Shown: piece after piece, positions 1 to 7,654 of the stretch
Layout: every line of letters begins with the position of its first letter
How positions within the stretch are numbered: position 1 is the first letter of the stretch
IMG/VR virus record: IMGVR_UViG_3300017700_000359
Coordinates: 1-50,687 of that record
Direction: 5' to 3' (one strand)
DNA: 50,687 nucleotides
DNA from: a virus
Taxonomy: Duplodnaviria; Caudoviricetes
The notes under the pieces: model-generated
The model's input: the letters and a program-made list of their open reading frames with translations, nothing else
What the model was told of the DNA's origin: nothing
The model's database searches: none
Position numbers and translations under genes: made by a program

Positions 1-123
1 GGTAAGGGCGTTAACCCAACGCGGGCGCGAATGTTCAAGGCATTATCAAGCACACCGTTGGGCAAAACGAAGGCGGTTATTCTTGGACAAGACCCTTACC
101 CCGACGCCGGCCACGCCACCGGA
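1..123. repeat. Terminal direct repeat (assembly overlap), left copy
   Basis: Identical to 50565-50687; lies inside the UDG reading frame, so it indicates circular assembly. Confidence 0.95.
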
Positions 124-696
124 CTTGCCTTCTCAGTCCCGGCCGATCTCGAACCAGCAGATTTCCCACCTACACTCCGAAGCATACTTCGGGAATACCA
201 GTCAGACCTCGGACATAACTATCCATCTTCGGGTGATCTTTCCCCTTGGGCATCGCGAGGTGTCCTACTGTGGAACACCATTCCTAGTTGCCGAAATGGT
301 AAGTCTCTTTCTCACGACTGGCCTGACGGATGCTGGGACTATCTTACCCGAGAAATCATCCAACGATGCGACGAACAAGGAGTCGTCTTCGCTTTCCTCG
401 GAGCCGTCGCTAAAAGGCACCTCCAAGAAGTCAAGAACTCGCCAGTCATCGTCACATCACACCCCTCTCCCAGAGGTTCAATTTCTGCCAAAAACCCCTT
501 CGTAGGGAGCAGACTGTTCTCTACGATTAACGCCAAGCTCGTAGAGATCGGCCATGAGCCGATTGATTGGAGGCTCGATGGTATTTCAGAACAACGATCT
601 CGTAGTGACGGAGATCGAAGGTCTCCCGGTGATGGGACACATCGTGTCCTTGTCAATGAAACCGGGGTCAGTCTCAGTCCTGTTCCGCACGCCTGA
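1..696 (+). CDS. ung: Uracil-DNA glycosylase family 1 (3' part; gene starts at 50478 and crosses the junction)
   Basis: GQDPY, GLAFS, GVLLWN, HPSP and IDW motifs; frame continuous with GTG at 50478. Confidence 0.93.
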   Translation, partial: GKGVNPTRARMFKALSSTPLGKTKAVILGQDPYPDAGHATGLAFSVPADLEPADFPPTLRSILREYQSDLGHNYPSSGDLSPWASRGVLLWNTIPSCRNGKSLSHDWPDGCWDYLTREIIQRCDEQGVVFAFLGAVAKRHLQEVKNSPVIVTSHPSPRGSISAKNPFVGSRLFSTINAKLVEIGHEPIDWRLDGISEQRSRSDGDRRSPGDGTHRVLVNETGVSLSPVPHA

Positions 697-769
697 GGGC
701 TTCCTTTTCGAGCAGGACCTCTATGCTTTGGAGAAGGTCTATGTCGCTCAGCTTGAAGCAGCGGCTTGA
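578..769 (+). CDS. Hypothetical protein (63 aa, ends EAAA), overlaps UDG 3' end
   Basis: GGAGG at 569-573 upstream of ATG 578. Confidence 0.65.
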   Translation: MVFQNNDLVVTEIEGLPVMGHIVSLSMKPGSVSVLFRTPEGFLFEQDLYALEKVYVAQLEAAA

Positions 770-986
770 CGCCGTCTGGAACGATCCAAGGGTAGCCTGT
801 CCTTCTCATCTTGTTCGGTGGAGAGAAGAGCCCTTCGGATATATCATCCACCGAGAACTCGGACTATACTACGACAAAGGCAGTCCGAGACATCCCAAGC
901 GAAAGAGGATTAAGACTGGGTATACATGGCTTTGCAAAGGCTATGGATTTTATTCCAGAATGGCCTGGCTTAACCTTAAAAGTTAG
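741..986 (+). CDS. Hypothetical basic protein
   Basis: GGAGAAGG upstream of ATG 741; ORF track. Confidence 0.5.
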   Translation: MSLSLKQRLDAVWNDPRVACPSHLVRWREEPFGYIIHRELGLYYDKGSPRHPKRKRIKTGYTWLCKGYGFYSRMAWLNLKS

Positions 987-1000
987 TCTCGGACCGTTTC

Positions 1001-1067
1001 CCCGCTACCACCCTAGCGGGCACCCCAGAATAACGCATCAGTGGGCTTCTAATAGCCTCCTAGAGGC
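1001..1067. repeat. Dispersed ~60 bp motif, copy 1
   Basis: CCCGCTACCACCCTA-N16-AACGCATCAGTGGGCTTC...GAGGC; related copies at 14063 and 39494. Confidence 0.75.
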
Positions 1068-1086
1068 CTTTTAAAACAGGTGGAGC

Positions 1087-1404
1087 ATGCTTAAATTGGT
1101 CGTGAATAACGAAATACTTGAGGATCAAGAAGCAGCACCCCGTCTGATGACTGGAGGCAAGGGTCCGCCGAAGAGTTGGGACTGGTTATCGCCGATGCCG
1201 GCAGGGACTGTGTTCCTGGCTCGGCCGAAGACCGGCCCCAATACTTGGATCATTTATGAGTTCGGTCATGGAGGAACTCATGCAGGGAATAACACCTTGC
1301 TTATTCCCAACAGGATGTACGACCAGCCGAGTAACTGGTTCTGGTGTGATCCTGTCGAGTTCAGCAAGGTCTACGAACTACGAGGAATACTCGAAGATGA
1401 GTAA
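1087..1404 (+). CDS. Hypothetical protein
   Basis: ORF with AGGTGGAG upstream; starts MLKLVVNN. Confidence 0.7.
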   Translation: MLKLVVNNEILEDQEAAPRLMTGGKGPPKSWDWLSPMPAGTVFLARPKTGPNTWIIYEFGHGGTHAGNNTLLIPNRMYDQPSNWFWCDPVEFSKVYELRGILEDE

Positions 1405-1591
1405 TATCATAAATATTGAAAATCAATTGATGGCGCGGAAGATGAACCAGGCCCGGCAGGGTCTGGCCTTCTATGCGAAGATTAATACTTCCGGTAAATA
1501 CGACGAAGCGATTAATCAGACACAGAAGTTACTTAGGTCTTTCTACCGAAAGGCTCTGGGCAAAGGTCCAGCGTTGGATGAAGCAGCATAG
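1397..1591 (+). CDS. Hypothetical protein (ends DEAA)
   Basis: GAGGA upstream of ATG 1397; overlaps previous stop. Confidence 0.6.
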   Translation: MSNIINIENQLMARKMNQARQGLAFYAKINTSGKYDEAINQTQKLLRSFYRKALGKGPALDEAA

Positions 1592-1599
1592 GAGAACGG

Positions 1600-1746
1600 A
1601 TGACCAAGGGAACTGAACTGTTGTTTGTCGGCGCACTCGTCGTCGGCATCATCGCTGCTGGTATTTACATCGGCAGTCATGTCTCTGCGAACTGCTACGA
1701 CTTCTGGCCCTTCAAGGGCAGTGCGTGCATTGTCACCACGAAGTAA
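1600..1746 (+). CDS. Small membrane protein (48 aa)
   Basis: AGGAG RBS; MTKGTELLFVGALVVGIIAAGIYIG, one TM segment (translated by hand). Confidence 0.6.
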   Translation: MTKGTELLFVGALVVGIIAAGIYIGSHVSANCYDFWPFKGSACIVTTK

Positions 1747-1753
1747 GCGAATA

Positions 1754-1793
1754 CCCGGTGGGGCCTGCCTCTCTTCCCCACCGGGTTACTTTG
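1754..1793 (+). terminator. Intrinsic terminator-like hairpin
   Basis: ACCCGGTGGGG/CCCCACCGGGT 11-bp stem followed by TACTTTG. Confidence 0.65.
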
Positions 1794-1947
1794 TCTGAGA
1801 AATAGAGCTGTCAAAAGTACCCTTGAGTGGGTATACGATCAGCGTTCGTGGAAAGGCCCTTTAAACGCAGGGCGTCGAGCACGCTGCTATTTCTCAGCAC
1901 TTTGTTAGTACTACCACTAACGATAAGATCTCCTCAAGGAGGCTACA

Positions 1948-2958
1948 ATGAGTACCGGTTTCGCTGCTGTCGCTCCCGAGCTGCCCAAGTCCCTCACGGA
2001 CCTGCAGTACATCCCTGTCCCCAATATGGAGCAGGACAGCCTTGGCTTTCTGCGCAAGGCAATCAATTCCCCCACGATGGACGAAGTCTATCAGATGATC
2101 TCTGAGAAGGTCATCGAGATGAACGTCCTCAACAAGATTGAGCTCAAGAAGGGCGACGAAGTTCGAATGCTGCCCGATGAGCCCCGTCACTACCTTTTCC
2201 CGGACATCCTGACGGCTGTCGACCAGAACATCCCTGTCGCTCTGATTGGCCCGGCTGGTGCTGGTAAGTCGACTGTGTGTAAGCAGATTGCTGATGCTCT
2301 CAAGCTGAAGTACTACCTGCAGAACGCGGTCTCCGGTGCCCATGAGCTAACTGGCTACATGGACGCACAGGGTCGGTATATCCCGACTTCCTTCCGTGAT
2401 GCATTCGAGAAGGGCGGCCTGATCCTGGTAGACGAGATGGACTCGTCCGATCCAGGCGCGCTGAAGTGGATGAACACCGCTCTGGCGAATGGCTATGCGA
2501 TGTTCCCGGATCATCCCGATGTGCTGTACAAGCATAAGGACTTCCGAGTGATCGCTGCGGCTAACACGTATGGTCAGGGTGCTGATCGTATGTATGTCGG
2601 TGCTAACCAGCTCGACGCGAGTACGCTGGATCGTTTCATCTCCTTCGACTTCAAGTACGACACCAAGATGGAACTCCTCGTTGCAGGTGACATCAAGTGG
2701 ACTGAGTATGTCCAGAAGCTGCGCAAGGCTTGTGAGACCGAGAACGTCCGCATCGTGATCTCCCCCCGTGCCTCGATCTATGGTGCCAAGCTTCTGAAGG
2801 CTGGTTGGCCTTGGGAGGTCGTGGAAAACCGTACGATCTGGAAGGGTACGGACATGGAGCTGCGTAACCGAGTCTATGCTGCTCTGAAGGGCAGCGAGAA
2901 GGTTGACGTTGCTGCCATGGCTAAGGACGCTAAGAAGCGTTTTGGAGGTAAGCTGTAA
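1948..2958 (+). CDS. MoxR/CobS/CbbQ-like AAA+ ATPase
   Basis: Walker A GPAGAGKS, Walker B LILVDE, FRVIAAANT, LDASTLDRF; AAGGAGG RBS. Confidence 0.9.
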   Translation: MSTGFAAVAPELPKSLTDLQYIPVPNMEQDSLGFLRKAINSPTMDEVYQMISEKVIEMNVLNKIELKKGDEVRMLPDEPRHYLFPDILTAVDQNIPVALIGPAGAGKSTVCKQIADALKLKYYLQNAVSGAHELTGYMDAQGRYIPTSFRDAFEKGGLILVDEMDSSDPGALKWMNTALANGYAMFPDHPDVLYKHKDFRVIAAANTYGQGADRMYVGANQLDASTLDRFISFDFKYDTKMELLVAGDIKWTEYVQKLRKACETENVRIVISPRASIYGAKLLKAGWPWEVVENRTIWKGTDMELRNRVYAALKGSEKVDVAAMAKDAKKRFGGKL

Positions 2959-3905
2959 TGGAACGGGTAATCGTTGGGAACGAGAAATCCCTAGCCGACT
3001 ACCTTCCGCCAATGAGGTTCGGTAGTTTCTGGAAGTCTCCCGAAAGCCTTGGAGAGTTCTTGAAGGACTTCAAGGGTAAACCTTGGGCTGATGCGGGGTT
3101 CGAAGATGATAATCCTAGTTGGGCTGGCTGTCGTACACTCACCGAGGCTATCTCTCTGGCTCAGACGGGTTGGAAGGAAGGTGTTCCGAAGGTCGTGAAG
3201 ATCCGGGACACGGTGAACGCTCTAAATCCTGTAGCCCCGAAGGCTATCAAGTACGGTATCTGCGGTGCTATTCCTGATGTGCCCCGAGCAATCTCTGGCA
3301 ACATCATGAATATGCGCCAGCTGGACAGTGCTTTTTCGAAGCGAAAACCTGTCATAACGTTGCTCTCAAGCATGGGAGCAAACTGTGGCACGTCTGGAGA
3401 TGCGATCACCAATCGCGCTGCGGTCGTTGCTGCCATCGTTGATCAGGTTGAAGCTCGTGGCTTTGCAGTCGAGGTCATCGCAATTGCCACTGCAAAGGCT
3501 GGCGGTAGTACCGCCGTCACTGCAGTACGTGTCAAGAGTGCAGGCCAGCCGGTAGACATCGGCAGACTTGCATACGGTGTCGGCCATGTCAGCATGTTCA
3601 GGAAGCTTATCTTTTCTTCCTGGACTGCCGACAAGGACGCCCAGTTCCTTGGCTCGTGCCTTGGCAGTAGCTACAACATGGACCTGAAGCAGCTAGAAGG
3701 CAAGAATGCCTACTACCTCCCTGGTCCTGAAGGAACGGATGTCTTCGACACCGAAGAAAGTGCTTGCAAACAGGGTCTGGATTATCTTATGAATAATCTC
3801 ATCGACCAGAAGTGTCCGCCTTTCAAAGGTATGACGAAGAAAGAAACCAAGGATAAGGGTAAGAGCATCTTCGATGACTTCCCAATCCCAATGCCCAAGT
3901 GGTAA
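2958..3905 (+). CDS. Putative VWA/CobT-like partner of the AAA+ ATPase
   Basis: Stop/start overlap with the ATPase; DVPRAISG then a beta-alpha core (VITLLSSMG...GFAVEV); MIDAS motif degenerate. Confidence 0.6.
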   Translation: MERVIVGNEKSLADYLPPMRFGSFWKSPESLGEFLKDFKGKPWADAGFEDDNPSWAGCRTLTEAISLAQTGWKEGVPKVVKIRDTVNALNPVAPKAIKYGICGAIPDVPRAISGNIMNMRQLDSAFSKRKPVITLLSSMGANCGTSGDAITNRAAVVAAIVDQVEARGFAVEVIAIATAKAGGSTAVTAVRVKSAGQPVDIGRLAYGVGHVSMFRKLIFSSWTADKDAQFLGSCLGSSYNMDLKQLEGKNAYYLPGPEGTDVFDTEESACKQGLDYLMNNLIDQKCPPFKGMTKKETKDKGKSIFDDFPIPMPKW

Positions 3906-3929
3906 TCTGGAGGTAAGGATGACGCCGCC

Positions 3930-5870
3930 TTGAGAATTGTAATAGACGTAGAAGCGAATGCTCTTGTGGACCCAACCCGAATATGGGTTGTGGTCTGCAA
4001 GGACATTGATACTAACCAATACCATATCTTTAGAGAGACAGAGAACTTAGATTTACTTAAGGACTTCCTAAGTACTTGTAGTCTTATTATAGGACATAAT
4101 ATACTAGGGTATGACCTACAGGTTCTTAATACTCTATTAAGTATAGACATAGAACAACGTAAGATATTAGATACACTTATAGTATCTAAGTTAGTAGACT
4201 ATCCTAGAGTAGGTCATAGTATAGAAAGTTATGGTATAGAATTCGGAATAGAGAAAGGTAAGTTCTTTGACTTTAGTAAGTATTCCAAATCTATGGAAGA
4301 GTATTGTATACGAGACGTGGATATCTGCCATCGTATTTATAATAAGTATCGTAAATATATCGATAAACCCGAGCATTCTAGCAGCCTTAGGCTTGAGCAT
4401 GAGTTTCAGTGCGTTGTTAATCAGCTGCACAGCAATGGGTTTGCTTTCAATGTTAAGAAAGCGGAAGGCCTCCTTGAAAGAGTTACAGCAGAGCTTGGAG
4501 TTCTAGACGATCAGATACTGTCTGCCTTCCCTCCTAGACTGAAACTTATCAGAGAGATAACCCCGAAGGAAACCAAGTATGGCACAATCAGTCTTACCAG
4601 CATCCCTAAGGGAATGCGGGAACATATTGCTGATCTTACCGTTGGCGCTCCTTTTTCCTATTGCACTTGGTCTGAGTTTAATCCTAGTAGTCATAAGCAG
4701 ATTATTGGGATCCTTAACGAAGCTGGGTGGAAGCCAGTAAACAAGACCAAGACACATCTGGAAACTGAGCGAGAGCTTGCTCGTCTGAAATATACAAAAT
4801 TCAGAGATAGTGAGCTTGACATAAGACTGAAAGAGTTAGATAATAAGCTTAATGATCTGAGGATCTCCGGCTGGAAAGTCGATGAAGAGAACCTCGATAC
4901 CTTGCCAGCGACTGCACCTCCTCCCTCGCGGTTGCTGGCTAAGCGCATCATGCTTGAGTCCAGACGCCGGACACTTACAGAGTGGCTGGAATTAACGGAC
5001 CTTGATGGACGCATCCACGGTAAGTTCTATGGCCTAGGTGCCTGGACTCATCGCATGGCGCACCAAAATCCCAACACTGCTAATATACCCAACGAGTTCG
5101 ATACTGCTGGCAAGAAGAAGTTATATGGCAAAGAACTTAGATCTTTGTGGATGGCACCCAAGAACCGTCTTCTTGTAGGTGTTGACGCCGAAGGAATTCA
5201 GCTGCGTATCTTCGCCCATTACATCGACGACCCTGAGTTTACTGAAGCTCTGGTCCGAGGTAAGAAGGAGGATAAAAGTGATCCTCACAGCCTTAACCAA
5301 AAGATCCTTGGAGACGTTTGCAAAACACGACAGGCGGCTAAGCGGTACATTTATGCCTTGCTTCTCGGCGCAGGTCCTGGAAAACTTGCCGAAATACTCG
5401 GATGTACAGCACATGAAGCTGAAGAGGCTTTCCAACGCCTTATTCGCAGATACGAAGGCTTTGCCCGGCTTAAGGAGACTAGGATACCAGCCGACGCGAG
5501 ACGAGGGTATTTCATTGGACTTGACGGTCGACTGGTTAGGATACCTGGAGACACGGTGGGATCACGACGACACCTCTGCATGTCTGGCTATTTGCAGAAT
5601 GGTGAAGCCGTAGTGATGAAACGTGCTACGTTGAAATGGCACGACAAACTAAAAGACTTGGATGCCAAACTTGTTAACTTTGTTCACGATGAATGGCAAA
5701 CTGAAGCTCCGAATAATCTTGACATCTGCTTGAAGATTGCTAAGATGCAAGCTGACAGTCTTGAAGAGGTTGGTAAGGAGCTCAATCTACTTTGTCCACT
5801 CGCTGGTTCATACTGGAACGATGACGACAAAGATTATACTATAGCCACTAACTGGAGTAAGACACATTGA
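3930..5870 (+). CDS. DNA polymerase family A (T7-like) with 3'-5' exonuclease
   Basis: IDVEA exo I, GHNILGYD exo II, YCIRDV exo III, motif A DAEGIQLR, motif B RQAAKRYIYA, motif C VHDEWQ. Confidence 0.97.
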   Translation: MRIVIDVEANALVDPTRIWVVVCKDIDTNQYHIFRETENLDLLKDFLSTCSLIIGHNILGYDLQVLNTLLSIDIEQRKILDTLIVSKLVDYPRVGHSIESYGIEFGIEKGKFFDFSKYSKSMEEYCIRDVDICHRIYNKYRKYIDKPEHSSSLRLEHEFQCVVNQLHSNGFAFNVKKAEGLLERVTAELGVLDDQILSAFPPRLKLIREITPKETKYGTISLTSIPKGMREHIADLTVGAPFSYCTWSEFNPSSHKQIIGILNEAGWKPVNKTKTHLETERELARLKYTKFRDSELDIRLKELDNKLNDLRISGWKVDEENLDTLPATAPPPSRLLAKRIMLESRRRTLTEWLELTDLDGRIHGKFYGLGAWTHRMAHQNPNTANIPNEFDTAGKKKLYGKELRSLWMAPKNRLLVGVDAEGIQLRIFAHYIDDPEFTEALVRGKKEDKSDPHSLNQKILGDVCKTRQAAKRYIYALLLGAGPGKLAEILGCTAHEAEEAFQRLIRRYEGFARLKETRIPADARRGYFIGLDGRLVRIPGDTVGSRRHLCMSGYLQNGEAVVMKRATLKWHDKLKDLDAKLVNFVHDEWQTEAPNNLDICLKIAKMQADSLEEVGKELNLLCPLAGSYWNDDDKDYTIATNWSKTH

Positions 5871-6034
5871 TTGAAGCTTATAATAGAAGCGGCTTTACCA
5901 AGGAAGACGTTGAAAGTCTTATCTTTTACTTCGAAGACTTTGTTCCGGATGCAGAACGTGTAACTCTAAATCGAAACAAAATAGAGCTATTAATCGACGC
6001 TCTAGAATATTACAAAGAGCAGTTATATACTTAA
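5867..6034 (+). CDS. Hypothetical protein (55 aa)
   Basis: TTG start overlapping the polymerase stop, GGAG upstream; fills the gap (translated by hand). Confidence 0.5.
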   Translation: MIEAYNRSGFTKEDVESLIFYFEDFVPDAERVTLNRNKIELLIDALEYYKEQLYT

Positions 6035-6044
6035 GGAATATCTT

Positions 6045-6236
6045 ATGATTTATGAAGCTGAAGTATCTTACATGATCCCCGAAGGCGGTTTCTACACCGT
6101 GGATGCTACCGACAAGGAGGATGCAGAATTCAAGATTATCGAAATGGTTAGGGAAGACTCTCCTGAGGCTGCGATGATTGTTGTTGATAACGTCAAGGAA
6201 GCAACTCCTCGCCGCGCTAAGGAAGTAATCCGATAA
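6045..6236 (+). CDS. Hypothetical protein
   Basis: AAGGA RBS; ORF track. Confidence 0.7.
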   Translation: MIYEAEVSYMIPEGGFYTVDATDKEDAEFKIIEMVREDSPEAAMIVVDNVKEATPRRAKEVIR

Positions 6237-6451
6237 TGCTACACGACAGTACTTTTGAATATCTCAACCCAAGGGCCACCCAACTCGAAGATATGAACTT
6301 TCTGCGTCAGCAGACAGCCGAGTATGCTAGAGTACTTCAGGAGAATATTCCTGATGGTCCAGATAAAACTTACATCTTAAGAAAGCTTCGTGAGCTTGCG
6401 ATGTGGATTAATGTCGCCATCACACGCGAAGCAGATGGAACTCCTCGATAA
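6236..6451 (+). CDS. Acb2/Tad1-like helical hairpin protein (putative immune-signal sponge)
   Basis: Pattern TFEYLNP...LR...YA...PDGPDK...LRKLRELAMWINVAITR resembles the Acb2/Tad1 hairpin family (from recall). Confidence 0.6.
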   Translation: MLHDSTFEYLNPRATQLEDMNFLRQQTAEYARVLQENIPDGPDKTYILRKLRELAMWINVAITREADGTPR

Positions 6452-6966
6452 TGGCTAATAATATCTTCAAACGAGAAACACACTTCCTTCGTGGAAAGTG
6501 TGCATGGTTTAGACTTCGTCAGGTTAATAAATTTGACAAGTGGTCTGTCGATCTCTACCCGATCAGGGAAGATCTCGATAAGATCAGAGACTGGCAGGCG
6601 GAAGGCGTAAAGAACGTCGTCAAGAAGAATGACGACAATGAGTATTACGTCACCTTCTCACGACCCGTCAAGAAGGAAACCAAAACGGGGAAGGTACTCG
6701 TCTTTCGTCCGCCATACGTCTTGCTTGTCAACGAGCAGGGTGTGAAGGAGCCCTACGAAGGCAATGTCGGAAATGGTTCTGACATTGAACTGGAACTAGA
6801 ACTATATGAACATCCTGTGCCTAACGGTGGCAAGGCCAAGGCAGTGCGTCTGGCTGGAGCTATCGTACACAATCTCGTACCTTTTGATGATCAGAAAGAC
6901 TTCAACAAGGATGAGTATACTGTTGTAAACAAGGCTGTCGATCAGCCAGAACCTCTATGGCATTAA
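6451..6966 (+). CDS. Single-stranded DNA-binding protein (T7 gp2.5-like)
   Basis: VGNGS..ELELY and VRL..AIVHNLV motifs, acidic tail, position downstream of the polymerase. Confidence 0.75.
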   Translation: MANNIFKRETHFLRGKCAWFRLRQVNKFDKWSVDLYPIREDLDKIRDWQAEGVKNVVKKNDDNEYYVTFSRPVKKETKTGKVLVFRPPYVLLVNEQGVKEPYEGNVGNGSDIELELELYEHPVPNGGKAKAVRLAGAIVHNLVPFDDQKDFNKDEYTVVNKAVDQPEPLWH

Positions 6967-7130
6967 ATCAACCTCTTGATATCGAAGTCGAAATTCTCAA
7001 GTCTCGCTTAGACAGCTTGGAGACCAACCAGAAATGGTTGACCTCCAACTGGGTAGGTTGGACATCTTCTACTAAAGACATGGGCCAAAAGATTATGATC
7101 GCCCTTGAGCAAATCGTTAAGGACAAATAA
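6957..7130 (+). CDS. Hypothetical protein (57 aa)
   Basis: Open frame MALNQPLDIEV...VKDK whose stop overlaps the next start (TAATG). Confidence 0.45.
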   Translation: MALNQPLDIEVEILKSRLDSLETNQKWLTSNWVGWTSSTKDMGQKIMIALEQIVKDK

Positions 7131-7405
7131 TGCAACTCTACTTAGTAGAACGTACTGACAAGTGGAGTTACGACGACTACGATAAGTTCGTATGTTGGGC
7201 TAACTCTGCTGAAGAAGCCAAGCGTATTCACGCCGATCCGAATGAATACTATGAATGGAAAGAAGACGGATGGTACTCCAAGTCTCATGGCACTAAAGAA
7301 AAGTACCATGCTTGGGTAGACAATCTAGACAATTTAAAGGTCTATGAGCTCTCACGTCCGCCTGAGAAGCCTACTGTAGTACTCGCATCTTTTAACGCAG
7401 GATAA
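7130..7405 (+). CDS. Hypothetical protein
   Basis: AAGGA RBS; ends VVLASFNAG. Confidence 0.75.
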   Translation: MQLYLVERTDKWSYDDYDKFVCWANSAEEAKRIHADPNEYYEWKEDGWYSKSHGTKEKYHAWVDNLDNLKVYELSRPPEKPTVVLASFNAG

Positions 7406-7408
7406 ATT

Positions 7409-7654
7409 ATGAACCCACTTATTCTAAATTACTCCCAGTGCATCAAGCAAGAAGCACATTGGGGATACGATAAATTCCACAACATCTGCACTGGTACTTG
7501 GAACACCGTCTCTTGGGGTTCCATGGACTGGACAACTACTATTGCTGGTAGTCTGGCATTTGCTGCACTGATGTTAGTCCCTCTTGTGATTGTCGTTGGG
7601 ATGATTGCTGCTGAGCGTGCTCAAGCTAAGATGCTTGAGAAGTTTAACTTCTAA
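7409..7654 (+). CDS. Hypothetical membrane protein
   Basis: AGGA RBS; hydrophobic segment IAGSLAFAALMLVPLVIVVGMIAA. Confidence 0.7.
   Translation: MNPLILNYSQCIKQEAHWGYDKFHNICTGTWNTVSWGSMDWTTTIAGSLAFAALMLVPLVIVVGMIAAERAQAKMLEKFNF

Noticed and set aside
1-123. Biological terminal repeat
   Set aside because: The repeat falls in the middle of the UDG gene, which is best explained by assembler overlap on a circular contig.
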